A DNA stretch of 63,948 bases, the filler included, from Sanchytrium tribonematis (taxonomy: Eukaryota), in NCBI GenBank assembly GCA_018985235.1. It is 5 parts of 5 records of this genome, joined end to end, with 100 filler letters (N's around TTAATTAATTAA, not from the genome) between each part and the next. Parts side by side here need not be neighbours in the genome. Positions count along the whole stretch, not along the records: positions 38,761 to 51,353 come from JADGIG010000211.1; positions 51,454 to 63,948 come from JADGIG010000213.1; 3 more parts are not named here. One strand, written 5' to 3'. The position numbers and the translations under genes are program-made. Positions 47,305 through 57,427 of this stretch are shown here, in pieces (the stretch's first letter is position 1; each line of letters opens with the position of its first letter). Below the pieces are notes generated by a model. That model did no database searches. It was given only the letters and a program-made list of their open reading frames with translations, and was not told the DNA's origin.

Positions 47305-48519
47305 ATGAGGCTGTTAATCCCTTCGTTTCAAACAATGTCAGCAATACCCAGGCTTCCTGCACAGTTCGCCAGTGCAACCACCAGCTGTGGCATTCGCAGC
47401 CATCTTGATTTGGCATTGATTTGGTCTAATCAACCTTGTTCCTCGGCAGGTGTTTTTACAAAAAATGCTTTTAAGGCCGCGCCAGTTTTGATTTGTCAAG
47501 ATCTATTAAAAAAGCAAACAGCTCAGGGAGTTGTTATAAATGCTGGGAATGCGAATGCGGTTACTGGAAAGAAAGGATTTGAGAACGCAACCAAAATGAG
47601 CGCCCAATTTGTCAAGCCTGTTTTTGTAATGAGTACAGGAGTAATTGGTAAACAATTACCCATCGAGAAAGTGATCAATGGTATGAGCCAACTAAATAAT
47701 AACATATCAAGCGATGAGGACTCGGTTCAAAATTTAGCACAAGCAATTATGACAACCGACACAAGGCCTAAATATAAAACCTTGGAATTCAAAACAAAAA
47801 ATGGAAAAGTTTGCACTATAACTGGTATAGCTAAAGGTGCTGGCATGATTCATCCCAATATGGCCACAATGTTAGGCTGTATCTTAACCGATGCAAAAAT
47901 TTCACAATCTGAGTTACAACAGCTTTTATCTAAAGCTTGCTTTTCCACTTTTAATTCAATATCGGTGGATGGAGATACTAGCACAAATGACACCGTTTTA
48001 GCTCTCGCAAATCATCAAGTTGAATTGGATAAAAATGAAATGTTGAGTTTCGAAAACAATTTCCAGAAGATATGTTCTTATCTCAGTGACGAGATCGTCA
48101 GAGACGGTGAAGGAGCAACTAAGCTAATAGAGCTTACGGTTAAAGGTCTCAATTCGAATGAAGATGCTTTTCAAGTAGCAAGATTTGTGAGCAGATCTCC
48201 ACTCGTCAAGACTGCAATGTTTGGAAGAGATGCAAATTGGGGAAGGCTATTTTCTAGTGCCGGATCGTCTCATATTCTTCAAAATGAGACGTTCAATGAT
48301 ACATCCCGAATGAGTTGCAAATTTTCCAGCAAAAATGGAACCATCAAGGTGTTTGAAGAAGAGCCATTAAATTTTAATGAAGATTTGGCCAAGAATATAT
48401 TGGATGCTGAATTGATTCAAATTGAAATGGTGCTTGGCGATGGTCCAGGTAAAGCTACTTCTAAAACTTGTGATTTTACTCCAGATTATGTGCATGTGAA
48501 CGCTTCTTACCGAAGCTAG
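47305..48519 (+). CDS. ARG7: Ornithine acetyltransferase (ArgJ family)
   Basis: GNANAVTG, STGVIG, IMTTDT, AKGAGMIHPNMATML, DGDTSTNDT, DGEGATK, DANWGR. Confidence 0.97.
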   Translation: MRLLIPSFQTMSAIPRLPAQFASATTSCGIRSHLDLALIWSNQPCSSAGVFTKNAFKAAPVLICQDLLKKQTAQGVVINAGNANAVTGKKGFENATKMSAQFVKPVFVMSTGVIGKQLPIEKVINGMSQLNNNISSDEDSVQNLAQAIMTTDTRPKYKTLEFKTKNGKVCTITGIAKGAGMIHPNMATMLGCILTDAKISQSELQQLLSKACFSTFNSISVDGDTSTNDTVLALANHQVELDKNEMLSFENNFQKICSYLSDEIVRDGEGATKLIELTVKGLNSNEDAFQVARFVSRSPLVKTAMFGRDANWGRLFSSAGSSHILQNETFNDTSRMSCKFSSKNGTIKVFEEEPLNFNEDLAKNILDAELIQIEMVLGDGPGKATSKTCDFTPDYVHVNASYRS

Positions 48520-48711
48520 CAGTTGTTGAAATTGAAAAATAAAAAATTACTTCATCTCAAACACATTTATATTAATTGCTTCTCCGGTTGAGGGTTTACG
48601 CCCATAAACTAACTTGAAATGTTAACATGGTTTAAAAGATGATCTTTTGATCTGTGTAACGTCGGGCAACAAAGACGTGGATATGCGTGAAATTTTTTTG
48701 CAGTGAAACAT

Positions 48712-49599
48712 ATGTTCCCTCAAGTAAATTTGAAAATGCTAGCATTGACTTGGATAATTTTCCTACATGGTTACTTGTGGCATCTCATTCGAAGTGAGAT
48801 GAATCTATCTCATATGTTTGCCGATCCTAGAATCATACCTCAAAACATTTCAAAATTTTATTTTGAACAAGTGCCTCTTCCAAAATTTGTCAGGACAGAT
48901 ACTGAGGGCGATATTCCAATGATCCTGCATCAGACCTGGAAAACTAAAAGTCTACCTGATAATTTTTTCAGATGGAGGCTTTCGTGGTTAAGAAATCACC
49001 CCCATTGGGAGCACCACTTATGGACGGATTTGGAAAACCGTCAACTGGTTAAAGATGAGTATCCATGGCTACTTCATTTTTATGATAACTTACCTAAGCA
49101 TATACAGCGTGTTGATATAGTTAGATATTTGTATTTACATAAATACGGTGGAGTTTACGCCGATTTAGATTTTGAATGCTTAAAAGCAATAGATCCTCTC
49201 TTAGAAAATGGTAACGTGGTACTGGGCAAGATATCCGATGACGATGACTGGCTTCATAATATTCCTAATGCGTTCATGGCCTCGAAACCCAATCATGATT
49301 TTTGGTTGTTTGTGATTCATTTGTCCATTTCCAGAATGTCTCTCAACTTTATTACAGAAGATGTGACAGGTCCAATCTTGATAAGGGATGCTTACAAACT
49401 TTACGAAGAGTACAAATCTGGCGAAATTGTGTTATTAGAGCCTGGATTAGTATATGGCTTTGATTGGAGAAAATATTCTGAATTTGAATGTTCTTCAAGG
49501 TATTTATTCGGAGTGTTTTTTGACGAAGCAAAATGCAAAGAGCGTTTTCCTGACGCGTACTCTATAACGTATTGGAGCCACTCCTGGTCATTATTTTGA
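48712..49599 (+). CDS. GT32 DxD mannosyltransferase (SUR1/CSH1/OCH1-like)
   Basis: N-terminal TM, IPMILHQTWK, RVDIVRYLYLHKYGGVYADLD, TGP, YWSHSW. Confidence 0.9.
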   Translation: MFPQVNLKMLALTWIIFLHGYLWHLIRSEMNLSHMFADPRIIPQNISKFYFEQVPLPKFVRTDTEGDIPMILHQTWKTKSLPDNFFRWRLSWLRNHPHWEHHLWTDLENRQLVKDEYPWLLHFYDNLPKHIQRVDIVRYLYLHKYGGVYADLDFECLKAIDPLLENGNVVLGKISDDDDWLHNIPNAFMASKPNHDFWLFVIHLSISRMSLNFITEDVTGPILIRDAYKLYEEYKSGEIVLLEPGLVYGFDWRKYSEFECSSRYLFGVFFDEAKCKERFPDAYSITYWSHSWSLF

Positions 49600-49639
49600 G
49601 ACTTTAATAAATGACATGAAAGATCAAACCTAGGAGCGA

Positions 49640-49780
49640 ATGTTCTTTTCTATTGTAAGGTATTTTAAAATTGTGACCAGTGTAAAACCCAGATGCAAAG
49701 ATTGCTACATGGTCAACAGAAAAGGCAAATTATATAATTATTGCAAAGAGCATGTCAGGCACAAGCAACGTCAAAAGTAA
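49640..49780 (+). CDS. RTC6: Mitochondrial ribosomal protein bL36m, 46 aa
   Basis: [37 protein letters not shown]; too short for the ORF track. Confidence 0.9.
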   Translation: MFFSIVRYFKIVTSVKPRCKDCYMVNRKGKLYNYCKEHVRHKQRQK

Positions 49781-49868
49781 AATAGTATTTAAATTAAAGC
49801 CATGTTGTTCAGCAATTCGCCTATCTTAAAATAGAAAGCGAACAAAAGAATCAAAATAAAAAATGTAA

Positions 49869-49949
49869 CGACAGAGACGAGATTCGAACTCGCGCTCCCG
49901 AAGGAAATAGCTTAGCAGGCTACCGCGATAACCACTCCGCCACTCTGTC
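49869..49949 (-). tRNA. tRNA-Ser(GCT)
   Basis: Acceptor GACAGAG/CTCTGTC, D-loop TGGCGGAGTGGTT, anticodon loop CTGCTAA, long variable arm, GTTCGAATC. Confidence 0.93.
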
Positions 49950-50275
49950 TGTGTATCACATCAAATTTGCAATTTTAAACTACTGCATTTAAAACAACAG
50001 GTGCTTTATCTGACTTAATAGACATCTAAACAAGTTATATCCTGCTAATTTGCCATCGAATTATTTCTAGACTATTTACTGAAAAAGTCAACTCTGACAA
50101 GATGCCTTTGATCATTCTCACTTTTCTCGCAACACTTAATTTCTTAGAAATCCCACTCATCATCATATCACGGGATTGTAGCAAAATATGGCTTTGAGGC
50201 ATAGGCGATATTTATTGACGTTTGTGCTGCATATTGCGCTAATTTAAACTCGACAATACTAAACTGCCAAAAATA

Positions 50276-50357
50276 TGCACAGACTGGGATTCGAACCCAG
50301 GCCACTTACGTGAGAAGAACTTGAGTCGTCCGCCTTAGACCGCTCGGCCATCTGTGC
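50276..50357 (-). tRNA. tRNA-Leu(CAA)
   Basis: Acceptor GCACAGA/TCTGTGC, TGGCCGAGCGGTCTAAGGC, loop CTCAAGT, long variable arm, GTTCGAATC; one anticodon-stem mismatch. Confidence 0.9.
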
Positions 50358-50454
50358 TGCGTTACAACTATACAATTGCTTTTAGTATTATTTTAAACAT
50401 TTTTTATATATTTTCTATATATTTCATTTTTTTTAATATTATTTATATTTTGTT

Positions 50455-51288
50455 TTATTGATTCCAAACTGGAAAAAGATACAAAATTTTGGATGAATTG
50501 ATAGATTCTTCATCAGCCATTATCGCATTTTTAATAATTGGTACAGAATATTGTGTTTTTGCATTTGACTTCAAATATTCTATCAACACTTTTTGGGCAT
50601 TAGTGGCATTGTATTTTAAATTTTGGACTACATATTCGACAGTCACAGGAGCTTCATCCGTTTTCCAACAGTCATAATCAGTAGACATTGCTACGCAACC
50701 GTATGCGATTCCGGCTTCATTTGCTAATTTACATTCTGTAGCGCTTGTCATATTAATAATATCACAATTCCAAGACCTGTACATTTCTGATTCGGCTCTT
50801 GTACTAAATCCTGGGCCTTCCATCGTGACAACTGTTGCGCCAAAATGAACTGGAATATTTAAACTTAGAATCACTTTGTGTAAATCACTCTGTAGCTTTA
50901 TATGGAAAGGATCTGCCATACTGACATGTCCGACAATGTCATCAAAAAAAGTATCTTTTCTAAATTTAGATCTGTCAATAAATTGCAGCGGTAAAACAAA
51001 ATGTCTTGGCTCGATTGCATCTCTAAGACTACCTACAGCAGTGAAGGAAATAATTTTGTTTACACCAATACTTTTCAAAGCAGCGATGTTTGCTCTGTAA
51101 TTAATGTTGGTAGGCGTTATTGAGTGTCCTTGACTATGTCTTGGAAGAAAGTAGAATTCAATACCGTCGTGGCATAATTTCAATATAGGTCCGCTGGGAT
51201 TACCCCAAAGTGTTGATATTTCTCGGCTTTCTAAGGTTTCAATTCCATCTAAATTGTACAATCCAGTTCCTCCAATTATTGCCAACAT
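50455..51288 (-). CDS. MEU1: S-methyl-5'-thioadenosine phosphorylase
   Basis: AIIGGTG, FLPRH, INYRANIAALK, MEGPGFSTRAES, IINMT, STDYDCW. Confidence 0.95.
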   Translation of the reverse strand: MLAIIGGTGLYNLDGIETLESREISTLWGNPSGPILKLCHDGIEFYFLPRHSQGHSITPTNINYRANIAALKSIGVNKIISFTAVGSLRDAIEPRHFVLPLQFIDRSKFRKDTFFDDIVGHVSMADPFHIKLQSDLHKVILSLNIPVHFGATVVTMEGPGFSTRAESEMYRSWNCDIINMTSATECKLANEAGIAYGCVAMSTDYDCWKTDEAPVTVEYVVQNLKYNATNAQKVLIEYLKSNAKTQYSVPIIKNAIMADEESINSSKILYLFPVWNQ

Positions 51289-51763
51289 GATAAACCCTCG
51301 TTTCAACGAAAATCATGTCGACTGTTGGATAACGGATGAAGCTCCTGTGACTGNNNNNNNNNNNNNNNNNNNNNNNNNNNNNNNNNNNNNNNNNNNNTTA
51401 ATTAATTAANNNNNNNNNNNNNNNNNNNNNNNNNNNNNNNNNNNNNNNNNNNNATTTTAAAAAAATATGCAATATTTGATAAGGTAATTTCGGATTTATA
51501 TGACAGGTGCACACGAGATTTTCTTCAGGATTTTAAGAGTAGAAACTTTAGAATTTTTATTTGTATTGACAAGATTCCCCGGCGTGAAATACTAGACTTC
51601 GTAAACTTTGGAATAGTTAGTTACTCTGAGTTTGTTAGAGATACAAAAATTTATTTTGAGATCGAAGATCTGGATTCTATTGTGGATCTAGTTCAAAGCC
51701 GTATATTAGGCTATCATTTATTGGATAGATTTCCAGGTTTTTAGTAAAATTTTATTGAATCAT

Positions 51764-52534
51764 TTAGTTACGGGGATTTGCTATTGCATGTAATATTTCA
51801 TAGTAAACATGTCCTTCAGCGTCAGTATAATTTGTTTTGGCAAACGCATGTTTTAACTTCTTGTAGTGTCTGTGATGAAATGGGATATTACATTTCATTA
51901 TGTAGATTTTGAAACCAAATTGATAATATTTTTTGAGAAGCTCAGTCGTTGTAGTAGCAATCAGCCAATGAAAGTTAACCACAAAAATCGCAATTTTTTC
52001 AAGACTTATTGGTAAATGGGGAGAAGATAATTTAGTTCCATCATACCAGATTTGCGTACATGACAAGGCATAATTCTTCTTAATAAAAGTACTCGGACAA
52101 TGGCCTGATTGTATCAAGTTAATTTTTTGATCAACTCTACCTTTTTTTCTGGTCATAATTGTCAAGTCGCTAGAATACTCAAAAACAATGTAATTCTCAA
52201 AACTGACAAGAAATCCGATAATATTTTCAAAACTTTTGCCAATGTTTGGTATACTTATGTCCATTTCAGTAACACCCAGAAATTTGGTTTTCAGTATTAC
52301 CTGCAATAAAAAGGATCCCGAGATAACTGCACCGTTTTCGATCAGTAAATGCTTAAAATAATCTAAATTAGATATAAATTCTGCAATTCGCAAATTAATT
52401 TTTCCTAGTGGTTTTTCGTACTGTTTAATAATGTGATTTAACTTAGAGTTGCATTTTTTCAATGACAATACATCATCTTCATTTAAATATTCAAAAATTT
52501 TAAAGTGAACTTCTTCCGGCAAGTATCTGTTCAT
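51764..52534 (-). CDS. F-box protein fused to a GAVISGS (nucleotidyltransferase-like) domain
   Basis: YLPEEVHFKIFEYL; ENGAVISGSFLLQ...EMDISI; CTQIWYDG. Confidence 0.65.
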   Translation of the reverse strand: MNRYLPEEVHFKIFEYLNEDDVLSLKKCNSKLNHIIKQYEKPLGKINLRIAEFISNLDYFKHLLIENGAVISGSFLLQVILKTKFLGVTEMDISIPNIGKSFENIIGFLVSFENYIVFEYSSDLTIMTRKKGRVDQKINLIQSGHCPSTFIKKNYALSCTQIWYDGTKLSSPHLPISLEKIAIFVVNFHWLIATTTTELLKKYYQFGFKIYIMKCNIPFHHRHYKKLKHAFAKTNYTDAEGHVYYEILHAIANPRN

Positions 52535-52643
52535 TGATATTAAAGTGGTCGAGACAGATATTTATATTATCCAAATGCTTGCACAGTATATGATTGGATC
52601 CATCGTAATATTACAATTTCTAAAAGTTTATTATTATTAAATA

Positions 52644-55600
52644 TCAAATACCCAATAGGGCGACCCCAAATTCTAATAAGTCATCCGTGAACTTCAAATG
52701 GGATTCATTATATCCTTCGGGAAATTCTTCATCACGTAGAAATTTTATATCAGAAGAAGATTTCACTCTACTAATAACAACATAAAGCTGTTGCGACAAC
52801 CAAAAGTGTCTCAAATTACCAACGACGATAGAATTTAATGTCATTCCTTGTACTCTATGTATTGTTAGCGCATAAGCTAAACTAATTGGAAATTGATATA
52901 GTTTGTAACCATCGTTGATTTCAAAGGCAGGTTTAATAGGGATACAAAGACAACCGCTTTTACATAAAAATTCAACATAAATTGTAGAACCATTGATTCC
53001 AATATCAACAGATTTGACCATACCAATAGAGCCGTTTACAAGACCGTCTTTAAGACTTAAATTTTTAAGGAGAGTAACTCTGGCTCCTACACATATTTCT
53101 AATATTGGTAAAAATCTGAATTTTGATTTAATAGCTGAGTGTTTTGGCAAATCAAAGTAACTATTCTTATTGTTTTTAAAATTAAAGCAAATAGAATGAA
53201 CTTTGGAAGCCAGACTTTTAAGCATGGCCATGTTGTGATTATTACAGGCTCTATTGGTTGGATAAATATAAGGAACAGCTTCACTATATGTATTTAGAGT
53301 AATTCTGGAGTTTATAAATTCAAGTATTGATCTAATTCTTGTTTTCTTATTCAGGTCAATGTTGTAAAAATTGTCAACGAGATATGTTAGTTCAGAATCT
53401 TTTTCTGCTCGATAATTATGGGTCAGAATGTGTTTCTTGAATATTTTAAAATAATCCGAAGAATATAATACATCTCCGTTTACAGGCGGTAGCTGTTTAG
53501 GATCTCCGAATAGTAGGACTTTGCAATTTTGAAACATTTGGTGCTGCATTATCTGCATGATGTACTCAAATAATTGGAGGTCAATCATTGAGAACTCATC
53601 AATTATTAACAAATCCATTTCTAAAGGAACAGGATTTGATTTTTCGTTAAAAAGTAAAGTCTCCCATGTTTCTTTTGTTTCATGATATCGTAACTTGAGT
53701 TTTGAATGTACAGTCGTACCATCGATCAAATATCCAGCTATCCCAGTACTTGCTGTTACTTCTGCTTTAAGATTTAAGGCTCTAGACCCTTCCATGATTG
53801 ATTTTATCAAAAAAGATTTTCCTGTTCCTGGTCCACCACTAATTATATGATATTTGGAATTCTCAAATAAACAATCTTTGTAGATTTTATATTGTTGTTC
53901 TCCTAAGGAAGAGGGAGAATTTTTTTTCTTAGAACGTTTCAATGAAAACATATTCTCAATCTCCAAAATTTGTTTATCTTTGTATCCTTCCTCTTTCAAG
54001 ATTTCTATTTCAAGCTCTTCACTTAATTCATCTGGGAATATAGCATTTTGCTCAATGTTGCCAAGAAATTTTTCATATATATAAGATCGATGTTCTGTGA
54101 TTGAATCCAAAAGTTTCTTTGGATTTCTAAATGGAACATTTTCGAGAATTTTTTGTTTGTAATAAAAATCAGCCATATACTCTGTATAGTAGGGATACAA
54201 TCGAATGATCGCATTGTTCTTTCTTTTCTTCCAATAGTTTTCGGATTTATCTTGAAAATCCCACTTTTCTTTTGCGTTGACTTTTTCATATTTTCTGTAA
54301 TAATCTGTTATTGTTAGATTTTCTAGATTTTCTGGTCTTTGACAGTAATTGTCCATCTGATTTAAATATACAAAGTTTCTATCTTCAGGATTCTCTTTCT
54401 TTAGACGTTCGCATTCTTTAGGTCTTTTTATATATCTCTTGTCTATTAAACTTTCACAGAGAGGAATCTTAACAACTTTAGTTGAAAATTTTGTAATCAC
54501 ATTTCCAGATAAATAATGACTAATCTCATGGACAGAGTAATCACGAGTACTTATATATTTTGTAATTTCATTTTCTTTAACTTCCAGTAGTCCTTGAGGT
54601 TCTGGTTTTGTGCAGTATTTTGTTATATAATTACAAATAAATTCATTACAAACCAATTTGATATCCATATTACCTTGCCACTTAAGTAGCCAATCTGCAT
54701 GGTAATCATTGATATTTACATCTTTAGTTTGCCTTTTAATGCTATATCTTGCAACGCTCGGATCAAAAAACGTTTTTCTAATTATTTCTTTTGGAAAATT
54801 AAAGCGACATTTCCGAGAAGTACCTAGACAATAATTGGAACAACTGTGGTATTGATGATACCGTACTAACAAATGTAGTTCCGGTTGTTCTTTAAAAGAA
54901 GGAATATCACCCTGTATTCCATTCAGTATATCATCGGGGCCCTCTACATTATCTAGCCATAATAACATATGCATATGAACAGTTCCGCGTTTTTGAAATT
55001 CAAATCTTTGAAAGTATTGGGAAATGGACTTCTCCATGTAGCCAAATTTAAGAATGTATTTAAACATGCTTTGTAACCTTTCATAGCAGTAATGATTTGA
55101 TAATACTGGATTAGCGGTAAAAATATTTTCATTTCCATTTGGTTTCTTTCCAAACTTTAGCAAATATTCTTCCAAATCTGGCCAAGTTTGCTCAGAGCAG
55201 GAAAAAGTGACAAACAAATGCGGAACCCCGAAAGTCTTAACCATAGCAAAAAGACCCATTCTAGCCTGTTTGAAAAATGAACTGGATCCTCTTATTGAAA
55301 CTGGAACAGCAGCAGTATTATCATCATTAAATACATTTCCAAATCCGTATTTAGAATCTTGCAAAACATCAGTAACAGTCAAATTGGAATTATTGTTTCT
55401 CAACTGTCTTGCATAATTTTCGGTAATACGATATTTTTCTAAATAGTCGAAATGAAAAAAAATAAAATCATCACACTCACGAAATCGTCCGTCTTTATCA
55501 AATCATTGGGATTTAACTCTTTTTGCCCTTCCTGTAAAATTATTTTCAAGTGTATTTCTACCTATGGGGTATAGATATGGGAACAAATGAGCTTCAATTT

Positions 55601-56626
55601 TTGAAAAGCAAAAATTAAATACTTCCTTGACTCCATTTTGAATAATTTCTCCTGCAGGTAAAACTTTTATATTGGAATCGTCTTTTCCAAGTTCCGATAT
55701 ATTGTAATCAATTGGTACCGAGAAAATTTGGCCTGATTTTCCTCCAAATAATTTTTAATCAGATTCATTTTGCAAAAAAAAGTCTAAAGTTTCTGTTGGA
55801 AAAATATAATTTGCATATAAAGGATTATTATGTACCAGCCACTGCAATGAGTTTCGAACTCTGGAGTTATCAAGAAATAATTTAGAATTGTAGCTGTTTT
55901 CAATTCCAACTAATCCTGCACAAGTTTGCCAAACTTTCCAGTTGACAGACAAATGAGCAGTTCCATAATATCTAGCATACAAATATTGTTTGGAAATTTG
56001 TGCTTGGCATAGAGTTTTAAAATTCTCAACGATTGTTTTTCACTATTATCTAAGAGTTTTATACATTCCGGAATGCTATCCCAATTTTTATCAGTACATT
56101 TGACTTTACACCTTTGATTTTTATCAAGGTTTTGCCGTTTTTTCAAAGAATTGCAGTTAAGGCAAACAAATTCTCGTATTTCGGGTTTAATGGCAAAGGA
56201 TAAGAAATTTAATTTAACATAGAAGTCTAAAAATAGCTTTAAATTAAGCAAATGTGGTTGTGTGTACTCTGGATAATCTAACTTTTTGGTAATTAACCGA
56301 TTACTTATGGTTTGTCTAAGACCTTGCAATTTTTGACTATTTAGCTTATTGTTTTTTTGAATGTTACTTAGGCTTTTAAGACCTAAGTTTTTGGAAACAG
56401 TTGATCTCAATTTTTTTGTATTGATTTTTGGTTTTGTTTTATACTTAAAACTATTTGTCGTCAACTTTAACTTTCTTAATTTTGATTGTCGACTCTTGCA
56501 TCTATTAGTTTTTAATGAGTCATCAGATATTTGCTTTTGCACGTTTTTCAAAACATCTTCAAAAATTTCTTTTTCTCTTGCTTTTTCAGATCTTAACTTC
56601 ATCTTTTTACAAATGTTATTTTTCAA
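52644..56626 (-). mobile_element. Helitron Rep/Helicase gene; 5' part disrupted by a frameshift near 55980 and in-frame stops near 55755 and 55505
   Basis: HUH Rep motifs PHLFVTFSC, EFQKRGTVHMHMLLW, YITKYCTKPE; Pif1 motifs GGPGTGKS, IIDEFSMI, FGDPKQLPPV, QFPISLAYALTIHRVQGMTL, YVVISRV; upstream EAHLFPYLYPIG..DGRFR. Confidence 0.95.
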
Positions 56627-56646
56627 TTGTTATAAATGTTCCCTGA

Positions 56647-56821
56647 CCAATCACTTTAAATCTATTTGAACACAAATTGTTACAATGCTACCTTGAAAAG
56701 CAGTCTATTGGTTAGTAACATCATTAATAATAACAATTTGAAGCGTTTTTATTGGCTATCCCGTTGATGTTGATTGGATAATGATATTACTTTAATTGGC
56801 TAGAACATTGAATTTGATTGG
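56647..56821. promoter_or_regulatory. Array of CCAAT boxes upstream of the Helitron ORF
   Basis: CCAAT at 56647; ATTGG at 56707, 56751, 56773, 56795 and 56817. Confidence 0.55.
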
Positions 56822-56944
56822 CTGGCTAACGGAGCGAAATTATGTAACTGTTTATAACGAAATCTATCAGTTCTAAAAAAATTAAAAATTATTTTTAAAT
56901 GCTCTATAGTAATATTGAAAACAGTTCAAATTTATATTATTTCA

Positions 56945-57372
56945 ATCCCACCAGGTCGAATAAATTGAATGGAAAATAAGACATCATCCAATATTAAAAA
57001 TTCACTCAGTTCTAATTTAATTACCTTAAATTATTTATTCAGCTTCTTTAGATGACAAACAAAATGCTAATTAATTATTTCGATCCCACCAGGTCGTATA
57101 AATTGAATTGAAAATAATACATCATGCAATATTAAAAATTTACTCAGTTCTAAATTTAATTACCTTAAATTATTTATTCAGCTTCTTTTGATGACAAACA
57201 AAATGCTAATTAATTATTTCGATCCCACCAGGTCGTATAAATTGAATTGAAAATAATACATCATGCAATATTAAAAATTCACTCAGTTCTAAATTTAATT
57301 ACCTTAAATTATTTATTGAGCTTCTTTAGATGACAAACAAAATGCTAATTAATTATTTTGATCCCACCAGGT
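56945..57372 (+). repeat. Tandem repeat of a 138-139-bp unit, three full copies plus a 12-bp fourth start
   Basis: ATCCCACCAGGT starts at 56945, 57083, 57222 and 57361; units nearly identical. Confidence 0.93.
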
Positions 57373-57427
57373 ATCATTACTTGTTTTATATTCATACTAG
57401 TTAAGGGCTCTCCTTGAAACATCAGTC

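Noticed and set aside
48724..48742. GTAAATTTGAAAATGCTAG, a 19-nt GT..AG at the start of the GT32 gene
   Set aside because: Lacks ATT at 10-12 and A at 14; splicing links to an upstream frame with no ATG; the unspliced frame gives a sensible N-terminus
51320..51353. 34-bp inverted copy (one mismatch) of MTAP sequence 50640-50673 at the contig end
   Set aside because: Typical of an amplification chimera or assembly-end artefact rather than a biological inverted repeat
56945..57372. CRISPR-like appearance of the recurring ATCCCACCAGGT
   Set aside because: Intervening sequences are near-identical, not unique spacers; eukaryotic context with no cas genes
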